From Candidatus Omnitrophota bacterium (lineage in GTDB: Bacteria; Omnitrophota; Omnitrophia; Omnitrophales; Aquincolibacteriaceae): a DNA stretch of 42,788 nucleotides. The notes under the pieces are model-generated. The model was given only the letters and a program-made list of their open reading frames with translations. It ran no database searches and was not told where the DNA came from. Below, piece after piece: positions 27,546 through 36,340 of this stretch (positions are counted from its first letter, which is position 1; each line of letters begins with the position of its first letter). Both the position numbers and the translations under genes were made by a program. The DNA lies in the NCBI GenBank assembly GCA_041585205.1, contig JBFHCO010000002.1:1-42788 (forward strand). The letters run 5' to 3'.

Positions 27546-27630
27546 TTTTTTCAAACCACCCGTAGGAGACCATCAAGGTCTCCACGGGCAGTACTCGCAA
27601 AAAGGCGCGAGTGCCGGTCCACCATTTTTT
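27535..27630 (+). repeat. 17-nt exact direct repeat of the tRNA-Ala 3' end (CCGGTCCACCATTTTTT at 27535-27551 and 27614-27630) flanking two hairpins
   Basis: Direct reading of the sequence. The copies are offset by 79 nt, with hairpins at 27559-27588 (12 bp plus 1 bulge) and 27591-27614 between them. Confidence 0.85.
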
Positions 27631-27633
27631 ATC

Positions 27634-29085
27634 ATGCCGCTAGAAACTCAAGTAGTGTTCCGCGCCCTATATGGGGCGTCACTCATGATCCTGCTCGTCC
27701 GCCTCTGGCCCCTTTTGCGCTTCTATATGACCAGCGAGCGCGACGGGGGGTACCTGCGATCCTCGCCCAAAACCGACTGGCTGTTCAATATCCGCGTTGC
27801 GCGCGTTGTCTACGGTGTTTGGTTTCTTACAGCGTTCGGTTTGACCTTCGGTAAATTCACGCTGCTGGCGAGCTTCCTCAATTTTCTTTTTTGCTTTACC
27901 TATTTTATCCGCACGCGCTGGATTTCGGTCGCGCGCGGCATGGGCGCACCCGGATTCATGCCGTATTGGATCGGCACGCTTGTTTTTCTGCTCGAATATG
28001 CCTTTTATTTCGGCGATCGTGGCGGGTATTTGCGCTGGTTGATTTTGCTCACCTTTCAAATCGATTACGGCATCATGATGATGGATTCCGGCTTCAATAA
28101 GATCATGCATCGCTATCCCCAAAATGACGGTATGAATTACGGCATGGCCAACCCCGCGTGGGGCTATTGGCCTGATTTTTTCAGGAAGCTGCCGCCACAG
28201 CACTGGTTTTTTAAATTCACAAATCACTCGGCCTATTCCTTTCAAATTTTAGGCGGCCTCTGTATGCTTATCCCGCCCGTGCAATGGGTGGGAGCTTTCA
28301 TTATTGCCTTTGGATTCTGGATTGTGAGCACGCAGATCCGGCTCGGCGTGTTGTGTCATCACCTTATGCTCATAACAATGATTTTCACGAAGCCGGGTGG
28401 CTGGGTGGACCGGTGGCTCGCGGATCTTGTGCCCATTATGACCTCCAGTTCCGTCGGCGTTTACCAGGCGCCGGACCTTATCAACACGGCGCTCGCCGTG
28501 GCGCTGTGGACTTACATTGTGTTGCTGCCGCTTTGCAAGCTCGGAATGTACGCCAACTTCTACGGCAAGATCACATTCCCGAAACTGCTACAGCGTGCGC
28601 TCGAACGCTATACCAGTTTTTTTGGGATTATTCTCTGGCGAGTTTTCACGTATGAATTGATTGATTTTTTTATCCGCGTTTATTTTGAGGACAAAACCAC
28701 GAAGCAACGCACGCTGCATACGCGCTTCGGCCACTGGTCATTTAAGAAATCAAACCGTTTTCTGTGGGTAGGGGAATCGATCACGTCCTTGATTGTGTTC
28801 AATACCATCCGCTATTTCGGTGACGAGAAACTTTTCAAAGAGCGTGTCCTACGCTATGCGAAAACGATGCCGCGACCTAAAAACGCCGACATTATTTTGG
28901 AATATGTTCAAATTGTTCCGTCAGAGACCGAATATCGCTTTGTTCCGGCACGTGAATTTCGAGCCGACATCGAAAAAGCGGAAGTGACTGAAACGGTGAT
29001 CGACCCCTCCGTTTCAATACAATTCAAGAAGCCCGGCTCACCACTGCATGTCAGCGGCCGTCCGGGCAGCTACGCCCCCAAATAG
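27634..29085 (+). CDS. Polytopic integral membrane protein of unknown family with a ~170-aa soluble C-terminal domain
   Basis: Long ORF with many hydrophobic helices in the first ~310 aa. There is no recognisable SD, because the ATG lies 3 nt after the tRNA-end repeat. I could not find diagnostic motifs of a named family. Confidence 0.6.
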   Translation: MPLETQVVFRALYGASLMILLVRLWPLLRFYMTSERDGGYLRSSPKTDWLFNIRVARVVYGVWFLTAFGLTFGKFTLLASFLNFLFCFTYFIRTRWISVARGMGAPGFMPYWIGTLVFLLEYAFYFGDRGGYLRWLILLTFQIDYGIMMMDSGFNKIMHRYPQNDGMNYGMANPAWGYWPDFFRKLPPQHWFFKFTNHSAYSFQILGGLCMLIPPVQWVGAFIIAFGFWIVSTQIRLGVLCHHLMLITMIFTKPGGWVDRWLADLVPIMTSSSVGVYQAPDLINTALAVALWTYIVLLPLCKLGMYANFYGKITFPKLLQRALERYTSFFGIILWRVFTYELIDFFIRVYFEDKTTKQRTLHTRFGHWSFKKSNRFLWVGESITSLIVFNTIRYFGDEKLFKERVLRYAKTMPRPKNADIILEYVQIVPSETEYRFVPAREFRADIEKAEVTETVIDPSVSIQFKKPGSPLHVSGRPGSYAPK

Positions 29086-29117
29086 CTTAATTTCCCCTCT
29101 GGAAAGCATCCAAATCC

Positions 29118-29145
29118 TTGCATGGCGCCGAAATCGGCGTATGAT
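29118..29145 (+). promoter_or_regulatory. Putative sigma70-type promoter of the CHASE-GGDEF-EAL gene
   Basis: TTGCAT (29118-29123), a 16-nt spacer, TATGAT (29140-29145). Confidence 0.35.
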
Positions 29146-29266
29146 AGAGAATACATACAAACTCCTGGCTCGACAGCTATGATGACCGCACACCGCAGGT
29201 TTGTAGTTGTTCACGAGATAGTGCCCGCCGACCGCAGTACCGCATTCCATTCACGGAGGCAGCTTC

Positions 29267-31759
29267 ATGTTTAAATCACGGTTTGCACGTGTCCCCACCT
29301 GGCTTGTAGCCTGCCTCGGTATTATGTTTTCCATGGTGGCGTACGGGGTGATGGAATACGTTGAAAACCGCAGCATTGAAACCGACATCCGCTGGATGAC
29401 GCAGGATTACACCGCCGCTATCAACAAAGAAATGGAGCTGCATATCAAGACCATGCAGTCCATCGCCTCTTTTTATACTGCCTCCACTTCCGTTGAACGT
29501 GAAGAATTCAGTAAATTCGTGGCCGGGCCTTTGAAGGAACGCCCCAGCCTGCATGCTATTCAGTGGGTTCGCCGCGTTACCATTCCCGCGCGTACTTCAT
29601 ACGAGCAGATGATGAAAAATGACGGCTTCGCCAATTTCACCATTCAGGATTTGAACGAGGCGGGCCGTCTCATTCCGGCCATGCGACGTGGGGAATATTT
29701 TCCGGTGCATTTTATCGAACCCTACGGAAAAAACCGATCCGTTTTAGGCCTGGATCACGCTTCCCAACCCGAAAGGCTCGAGGCCATCAACCGCGCGCGT
29801 GACACGGGGGTCATGCAGATGACAGGGCGACTGCCGGTCTTTGCCGCCACCGAAAAGTCGGAGAACCGCTACGGATCTTTCGTCTATTACCCGATTTATG
29901 AAAATGACCGCGACGTGTCTACCTTGGAGAATCGTCGGCGAAATTTGTCGGGTTTTATTGTCGGCGTCTTCCGCATCAGCGATATTGTGGAATCGACGCT
30001 CAAGCGCTTCCGGCCGCGCGGTCTGGACCTTTTTGTTTTTGATGCTTCCTCGCCCGAAGATCAGCGTTTCCTTTACTTTTACCCGGCCGACCCGAATAAA
30101 AATCCGGTCACCGATATGCTCTCGCAGAAAGAAATCTGGAGGGCTTCGCGCCTGATGCGTGAGGAATCAATCACCGTCCTACAACGCACCTGGCGCATCC
30201 TGGCCGTTCCGACCCCGGCCTTTCTCGCGTCTCAGAAAACCTGGCTACCGCTCATTGTCTTCTCCATCTGCCTGTTTCTGACCGTACTCGTGACGATTTA
30301 TTTAAGAACGCTCAAACGTCGCGCAGCTATACTGAGAGAAATCAACGACAATCTCGAAACCGAAGTCGCGCTGCGTAAGCAAGCCGAATCCAAACTGATC
30401 AAGCAAGCTGAAGTGCAGGCGCGCATCAATGAGGAACTTGACCGCGCCAACGCGCAGCTGCAACATCTGGTGACGGTGGACCCCTTGACGGGTGTCTTAA
30501 ACCGCCGCGGCCTGCAGCAGGTTTTCTTTGATACGATTGCCAAGATGCAGCGCCTTGATCTCAATTTTTATGCCCTCATGCTTGATTTGGATTTTTTCAA
30601 AACGATTAATGACACTTTCGGCTACGTGGTGGGAGATTTGGCGATTAAGGAAGCCGGCCGTATCCTACTTGCCTCCGTGCGGCAGTCGGACCATGTGGCG
30701 CGTATCGGTGGCGACGAATTTATTATCCTCCTGCCCGGCGTGCGCGAAGCCGAGGCTATGGTGGTCGCGCAAAAAATCCGCTTTCAACTCAGCCGTGCAC
30801 CGATCGGTCTGTCGACGGGTAAGCAGATGCATATCACGGCCAGTATCGGCGTCGTGCCGATTGACGGGGATTCGATGACCCTCGATGAGCTGATCGAAAA
30901 GGCGACGGTTGCCTTACATGAAAGTAAGCGCCGCGGCCGCAATGCCGTGACCTTTCACGATAAGGACTGCAGCGGGAAGGACGCGGAAGGCGACAACCTC
31001 ACCCAAATCATTCAAATTTTGCAGGCGCGCGACCAGTTTTACACGCTGATCCAGCCGATTCTCCACTTGAAGGACAGAGTGAAAGTGGGCTGTGAACTGC
31101 TCTCGCGCCTCCGTCACAGCGATTTCGGCATGCCGGATGATTTTTTCCGCATTGCGCGCGAGTCTAAAATGCTCACATTGGTGGATCGCTCGTGCCTAAG
31201 AACCTGCCTGGAAGCCTCGCTCAAGCTCGAACCCGATCTTAAAATCCACCTTAATTTATTTCCGTCCACCCTGATAGAAACGCCGATTGAGCGACTGATT
31301 GAGGAACTTGCGGCTGGTAACGGAGAGCACGGCCACACGCTATGCGTCGAGATCAGCGAACAGCAGATTATCGGGAACCCGAATCACCTCATGAACTCCA
31401 TCCGGGCGCTCAAGGCGGCGGGCATTCAGATTTCCATGGATGACGTCGGCTTCGGCAGCAGCTGTCTAGAGAGCTTGATTCTTTTTGAGCCCGATATCGT
31501 CAAAATCGACAAATCCTGCGTCAAAAATTTAAGCGACACGCCCGGCAAAATACGCGCCCTCAAGCGGCTCTTGCGCGTGATAGAAAGCTGCAATGCCGAT
31601 GCCGTGGCCGAAGGGATTGAGCGCGAGGAAGATCTTGCCGTACTCATTGAAAATGGTGTTTCATACGGTCAGGGATTTTTGTTCGGCAAGCCGAACCCGT
31701 ACGGTATGATGATCGCCGGCGGAACGACACTCAAACCCTCAGGAACTGACGGACTCTAA
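29267..31759 (+). CDS. CHASE-sensor diguanylate cyclase/phosphodiesterase (TM - CHASE - TM - coiled coil - GGDEF - EAL)
   Basis: GGAGG RBS. CHASE-like periplasmic domain (YFPVHFIEPYGKNRSVLGLDHASQPERLEAINRARDTG). GGDEF intact (RIGGDEF) with an RxxD I-site (RQSD) five residues upstream. The EAL domain has an ELL variant (QPILHL...GCELLSRL), DDVGFGSS, KIDKS, AEGIE and GQGF. Confidence 0.9.
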   Translation: MFKSRFARVPTWLVACLGIMFSMVAYGVMEYVENRSIETDIRWMTQDYTAAINKEMELHIKTMQSIASFYTASTSVEREEFSKFVAGPLKERPSLHAIQWVRRVTIPARTSYEQMMKNDGFANFTIQDLNEAGRLIPAMRRGEYFPVHFIEPYGKNRSVLGLDHASQPERLEAINRARDTGVMQMTGRLPVFAATEKSENRYGSFVYYPIYENDRDVSTLENRRRNLSGFIVGVFRISDIVESTLKRFRPRGLDLFVFDASSPEDQRFLYFYPADPNKNPVTDMLSQKEIWRASRLMREESITVLQRTWRILAVPTPAFLASQKTWLPLIVFSICLFLTVLVTIYLRTLKRRAAILREINDNLETEVALRKQAESKLIKQAEVQARINEELDRANAQLQHLVTVDPLTGVLNRRGLQQVFFDTIAKMQRLDLNFYALMLDLDFFKTINDTFGYVVGDLAIKEAGRILLASVRQSDHVARIGGDEFIILLPGVREAEAMVVAQKIRFQLSRAPIGLSTGKQMHITASIGVVPIDGDSMTLDELIEKATVALHESKRRGRNAVTFHDKDCSGKDAEGDNLTQIIQILQARDQFYTLIQPILHLKDRVKVGCELLSRLRHSDFGMPDDFFRIARESKMLTLVDRSCLRTCLEASLKLEPDLKIHLNLFPSTLIETPIERLIEELAAGNGEHGHTLCVEISEQQIIGNPNHLMNSIRALKAAGIQISMDDVGFGSSCLESLILFEPDIVKIDKSCVKNLSDTPGKIRALKRLLRVIESCNADAVAEGIEREEDLAVLIENGVSYGQGFLFGKPNPYGMMIAGGTTLKPSGTDGL

Positions 31760-31767
31760 ATCGATTG

Positions 31768-31823
31768 ACGGCCGAGGCCGTTCTCGCGCACCGGCGCGAG
31801 GGCCGTTTCAACCCGCTTTTTTT
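31768..31823 (+). terminator. Possible intrinsic terminator after the GGDEF-EAL gene
   Basis: Nested stem ACGGCC...(CTCGCGC-ACCG-GCGCGAG)...GGCCGT at 31768-31806, then a T7 run at 31817-31823. The T run is ~10 nt from the stem, so this is not a textbook terminator. Confidence 0.35.
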
Positions 31824-31861
31824 GTTCAGTTACAAGTTATTTTGATGTAAAATCCGCAACT

Positions 31862-32569
31862 ATGTCCGGCCTTTTGAACCGACGATTCTTCGTTTGTTGT
31901 CTGACCCTGTCGATTCTCTTCAGTCAAGGCTGCGCGATCTCGCGCGGACCCGAAATGGAAGTCTTGAAGCCCCTTTCCGAACCGTCCGTACTGAGACTGG
32001 GTGAGGTGACGGAAACCCTGACCGGCACTTGGTCGATTTATGCCAATCAGCCGGGGATGGGTGTGACCGGTTTTCGAGGCGCGCTTTTGGCGGCGCTGGA
32101 AACTCCGGAAGCCAAATCGGCCTTGTCCAATCCGGCTTCCAATCTTTCCCTGGACATCCATCTGACTTCCGACCATGAGGATGACGGACCGCGCCTCGCC
32201 AATCTGGGCGCCCTCAGCCTCGTGACGCTCGGCATCATTCCGCTCAATTATTTTTCAGAATGGCGCGTGACAGCGGACGTCAAAATCCGCGAGCGAGACG
32301 AAACACTCGTTACGGATTATGTTTTTCACGAGCGCGGGACATACAGCATTTGGGCCTTTCCCTTGACGATGTTTACGCTTGCCGGCGCGGGCATTGCCGG
32401 TGATTCAGATTACCGAAACATCACCCGGCGCGTTGCAAACAATCTCACGTTCAAGATTATTCAAGCCGTGGAAAAGGATTACGCAAAATTTGCCGCCCGC
32501 TCCGGCGTCGCCCAATCGTCCGCGGCCGCGCCTTCCCATGAAACTGCTCCGAAGCCGCTTGTTGTTTAA
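31862..32569 (+). CDS. Probable lipoprotein of unknown function
   Basis: Signal peptide FFVCCLTLSILFSQGC with Cys at the cleavage position (non-canonical lipobox). No recognisable domain. Confidence 0.6.
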   Translation: MSGLLNRRFFVCCLTLSILFSQGCAISRGPEMEVLKPLSEPSVLRLGEVTETLTGTWSIYANQPGMGVTGFRGALLAALETPEAKSALSNPASNLSLDIHLTSDHEDDGPRLANLGALSLVTLGIIPLNYFSEWRVTADVKIRERDETLVTDYVFHERGTYSIWAFPLTMFTLAGAGIAGDSDYRNITRRVANNLTFKIIQAVEKDYAKFAARSGVAQSSAAAPSHETAPKPLVV

Positions 32570-34208
32570 GCCACGCTCTCTCTTTTTGATTCTTTTCGGC
32601 TTGGCCGCTCTGTATTTATCTCCGTCCGTATGCGCCCAATCGCAGCCGTCCGTGCATGCGTCTGAAATCGCGCAGGAGTTTTTCAATCAGGGACTCGAAG
32701 CCGCGGAAAAAAAGCAATGGGATTTGGCAAGCCGCCAATTCCGCGAAGCCCAGTTGGCCGATCCGCTTAATTCGGTCATTCTGCATGATCTGGGCCGCGC
32801 GTATCAAATGGCGGGCGCGCCGGTCCTGGCCGCTTTGTGGCTGCACGCCTATCTTGAAGCCGCACCGGCAACCGAAGATTTAGCCGGCCTGCGCCGCGAA
32901 ATCACGGATTTGGATGCCCAAATCCAACAGATTGTGGGGGATCTTTTGAACTTGGCGCAGACGGCGGCGCAGTCTATCCCGGAGGAAATTCCGGCCGCGC
33001 GGGAAGAAGCGCTGAACGCCCTCGCCCGTGTTCAAGCCCTGTCGGGTAACGGCCTTGAGAATGCGGGACTCATGCGTTTTTACGGGGAATATCTCGCAGC
33101 CGCGCGCAATTACGAGGAGGCCCGCACCTTGGCCGAAAAGATCCAAAACGCTAGTGAAAGACAGAGGCTCCTTGCTGCTTTGGCCCGATATCAATTACAG
33201 AGAAACGAAGAAGCGCTTGCGCTTCAAACCATCCGCGGCATGGAACCGTCCGAGGAAAAATCCGTTTTTTTTCAGCGCCTGGCCGCGCAGTACGTGCGCG
33301 ATTTCGAATTCGCGAGAGCGGAAAAACTTCTGGAAGAAGTCTCCGGTGAAAATGAACGGGTCGCGATACAAGGCATGCTGCTGCTCGGTTATCTCAAAGC
33401 GGGCGATTTTGGCGCGGCGGCACATTTTGCGGAGAATCATCCGAATTCCAAGACGGCGCGCATCGTCCGGGGACAAGGCAAGGACGTGGTCAAGGAAATT
33501 GCCAAATCGAAAGTTCATTTCGCGGAGAACGCGCAGCGCCAAGCCGAAGCATATCAGGCCGTGGCGGCGCTGGCTTGGATGGGAGAGTTGAAACGGGCAA
33601 ACGAGGCATTGCCGCATGCCGGTCCCGGGGATTACGGCCGTCTGGCACGCGCGACGATTGCCGCGGAAGAGAAAAATTGGCATGAAGTTTCCGCTCAGAT
33701 GAGACAAATGCCGGCGGCGGTTGAATCGGACTTTGCACTGTCGCTTGGCCGGCGTTTAATCGAGCGAAACCATTTGGAAGAAACCGGGCGTTTGGCGGAT
33801 GCCATACGTTCAAGCAGTGCGAAGGCCGCACTGTGGCATCTTTTGGCAGAGGCTTACCGGCGTCAGGGAAACGGCGCTAAGGCGGCGGAATTTTCTGAAA
33901 AGAGTTTTGAACTTGCACTGGCCTCCAACAGCTCTCTGACGCTCAGGGAGATGGGTGCGGACGCAGCCGAAGCGGGGGAAGCCGGACTGGTTGAATCGGT
34001 TTTTCGCGTCGAGCGTCTGACGCATTGGCTCGCGCTCGCAAGGGCGTTTGAAAATCAGGAATCCATTTTGGATCTGACAAACTACCTCAAAAAATTTGAG
34101 GGCGGGGATTACGTCGCTTTCACACAGGCCGTTTTGGCTGCGGCGGATGCCTGGGCCTCGGCCGCTCTGTATATTGAGGGAACGAAAACGTGGCATGAAA
34201 AAGATTAA
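32538..34208 (+). CDS. Exported TPR/alpha-helical-repeat protein (556 aa)
   Basis: Start taken at ATG 32538 (MKLLRSRLLFKP...LSPSVCAQS signal peptide), which overlaps the upstream gene by 32 nt. There is a TPR-like unit (FFNQGLEAAEKKQWDLASRQFREAQLADP), then Ala/Leu-rich helical repeats throughout. Confidence 0.65.
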   Translation: MKLLRSRLLFKPRSLFLILFGLAALYLSPSVCAQSQPSVHASEIAQEFFNQGLEAAEKKQWDLASRQFREAQLADPLNSVILHDLGRAYQMAGAPVLAALWLHAYLEAAPATEDLAGLRREITDLDAQIQQIVGDLLNLAQTAAQSIPEEIPAAREEALNALARVQALSGNGLENAGLMRFYGEYLAAARNYEEARTLAEKIQNASERQRLLAALARYQLQRNEEALALQTIRGMEPSEEKSVFFQRLAAQYVRDFEFARAEKLLEEVSGENERVAIQGMLLLGYLKAGDFGAAAHFAENHPNSKTARIVRGQGKDVVKEIAKSKVHFAENAQRQAEAYQAVAALAWMGELKRANEALPHAGPGDYGRLARATIAAEEKNWHEVSAQMRQMPAAVESDFALSLGRRLIERNHLEETGRLADAIRSSSAKAALWHLLAEAYRRQGNGAKAAEFSEKSFELALASNSSLTLREMGADAAEAGEAGLVESVFRVERLTHWLALARAFENQESILDLTNYLKKFEGGDYVAFTQAVLAAADAWASAALYIEGTKTWHEKD

Positions 34209-35511
34209 TATTTTTTTCTCTATGATTTTACTGTCCGGCATCGGTACGCATGTTTTGGCTTATGTGCCGGATGTCGGGCCGGGCGAATGCAAAGCCGGCT
34301 GTGATGCTTTGGAATATGACGGATCTTCGGATTACGGTTACGATGCGTCATCCTACTCCGGAGCGGCCGAAGCCGGCGCGCGATTGGGAGAAGCCATCCG
34401 CGCCCAATTTGAAGCGGCCGCGGAGGCGCAGCGCATCGCGGCCCAGCAGCGCGTCCAGGCCCTGCAGCTGAATTCCTCCGGCAATCGGGCTTTTAGCACC
34501 GGATTATGGGACGATGCGATTGTTTATTACGAACAGGCCCTGGCGCTGACGCCGTGGGATCAGGTAATTCAGGACAATCTGCGCCGCGCCCGCGCTGCGA
34601 AAATTAATGAACAGGGCATTGAATTTCATCGAGTTCAGGACTGGCCGAATGCCATTGCTGCTTACAAGCAGGCGCTGGCGTTCTCGCCCGAAGACCGCGT
34701 GATACGCAAAAATCTCACCCTGGCAGAACGTATGCAGGGCATGCAAAAAGAGGAGAGGTTAGAACACAATATTGCAGTAGCCTACCAAAGCATTCAGCCG
34801 ATACTCGAACAAGTTTTGACCGGTATCAAACCAGCCCATGCCGCGCCGCCCATTTTGCTGGCTAAGCAGCGGGAACTTCCGATCACCAAGTTTGAATGGG
34901 ACAAAACCGATCCGAAAGATTTGAAGGTTGCATCGAATCCACCCACCGGAACTGCTCAGGGCGCGGGTGAGCATGGCAAAAGCGCCGCGTACCACGCCGA
35001 CAAAATTCGCCGCATCATGAAAGAACGTCCCGTTAATCCGGCCGAAGATTTCGATACGGCGGCCGAAGTTTTGAAACATGAAGGGGGCAATGTCTTCGAT
35101 TCGGCGGGGAGATATTCTGGCACGTTGCGTAAGCCCGAGATCCGCGCCGAAGGCATGGGTAAAGAAGCCTTGGTGATCCCGGACTCGCGCATGCAGGATC
35201 CATCCGTTGCCCCGCTTGCCGACAAATGGAATCGCATCGACCGGGAACATGGCGCTTTGGAAAGGCGGTACGAAAGTCTGAAAGACAAGGCGGATAAAAC
35301 ACCGATGGATTATGTGGACATGGCGAAGATGAAAGGGGAGCTTTCGCAAATCGAGTACAACAAAAATCTGCTAAAAAGGGAATGGGAGCGAAAACTCGCC
35401 GAACCACCGATCCCGCCCGTCGCCGATGCGAAAACCGAAAAACCCAACCCGCCAAGTCCTCCCATGCAGGAAAATGAAGCAAAAAAGAAGCGAGTCGTGG
35501 TGATTCGCTAG
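34195..35511 (+). CDS. Exported TPR-containing protein (438 aa) with a coiled-coil, Pro/Lys-rich C-terminus
   Basis: ATG 34195 (MKKINIFFSMILLSGIGTHVLA signal peptide) overlaps the upstream stop by 14 nt. Two clear TPRs are present (GNRAFSTGLWDDAIVYYEQALALTPWD; GIEFHRVQDWPNAIAAYKQALAFSPED). Confidence 0.65.
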   Translation: MKKINIFFSMILLSGIGTHVLAYVPDVGPGECKAGCDALEYDGSSDYGYDASSYSGAAEAGARLGEAIRAQFEAAAEAQRIAAQQRVQALQLNSSGNRAFSTGLWDDAIVYYEQALALTPWDQVIQDNLRRARAAKINEQGIEFHRVQDWPNAIAAYKQALAFSPEDRVIRKNLTLAERMQGMQKEERLEHNIAVAYQSIQPILEQVLTGIKPAHAAPPILLAKQRELPITKFEWDKTDPKDLKVASNPPTGTAQGAGEHGKSAAYHADKIRRIMKERPVNPAEDFDTAAEVLKHEGGNVFDSAGRYSGTLRKPEIRAEGMGKEALVIPDSRMQDPSVAPLADKWNRIDREHGALERRYESLKDKADKTPMDYVDMAKMKGELSQIEYNKNLLKREWERKLAEPPIPPVADAKTEKPNPPSPPMQENEAKKKRVVVIR

Positions 35512-35523
35512 AGGAGTCAGGAC

Positions 35524-36126
35524 ATGAAAAGAATCATTTATTCCGTTCTCAGTCTGATATTAATATCAATCGGGCACGTCACCGCGCAGGCGCAAACAGA
35601 GTGTCCGAAATATGCCAAGCTGGTCGAGGTCGTTCAGGCGGATAACGAGACGGTTTATTACTGCAAATGCATGCCGGGCTATACGCTGGATGACGGCGGC
35701 CAATGCGCGCGTTGCTCATCCGAATATTTTAAAACGCTAATGGATCAGGAAAGAGCGGCGGTGGAAGGTCTTAAGGCAAGTCAGCAGGCTCTTTTGTACG
35801 AATACGGCGCAAGTCTTTCAAGCGATGCAAAATCATTTCTTCAAATGACGGAACCGGATCTCGGTCATTTGCTGCTGGCGCTTACCAGCGCTCAAGCGAA
35901 GGCGCCCGTCTTGACAGCGTTTACTGCAGGGACGGCCGTCGTTTTACTTGCGAAAATCACCAAGTTTTATGCGCAGTCTTTCACCTGCGACCAAGCGGAT
36001 GAGGATATGAAAATCGCTTGCCAAAACGCCGCACGGTTTTCCCAAATCGCCGAATCCAAAGCGCTGCAGCTTAAGGATTGCGAGACTTTCCGCACTTCGA
36101 TTGCGCCAACGAATAAACCTGTCTAG
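35524..36126 (+). CDS. Exported Cys-rich protein with an EGF-type cysteine signature
   Basis: GAGGAG RBS and signal peptide ...IGHVTAQA. CKCMPGYTLDDGGQC fits C-x-C-x2-[GP]-[FYW]-x4-8-C. It starts 13 nt after the upstream stop. Confidence 0.6.
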   Translation: MKRIIYSVLSLILISIGHVTAQAQTECPKYAKLVEVVQADNETVYYCKCMPGYTLDDGGQCARCSSEYFKTLMDQERAAVEGLKASQQALLYEYGASLSSDAKSFLQMTEPDLGHLLLALTSAQAKAPVLTAFTAGTAVVLLAKITKFYAQSFTCDQADEDMKIACQNAARFSQIAESKALQLKDCETFRTSIAPTNKPV

Positions 36127-36340
36127 AAATAAAATTGGGAACGGTTCCGGTAGGAAAGTTTTAAAAATCAGGATAAAAATGGTATCCTTTTCGGAAGCGT
36201 CCCTCTCGCTCATGCTGAAGACGGCACGGCGAAACCTTGACGGTTTCCTCCGTCACCGCAGGTTTAGTTTTAATCCCGCGCATTTGGAAAGGGTGCCATA
36301 ATTGGTGATTTTAGTAAGCGGATAACACGGAGCATTTCCC

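Noticed and set aside
32379-32537. N-terminal extensions of the ORF-track entries at 32379, 34096 and 40544
   Set aside because: The extensions overlap the upstream genes and translate to Pro/Arg-rich junk. Internal ATGs at 32538, 34195 and 40676 are followed by clear signal peptides, and 40676 also has a strong RBS.
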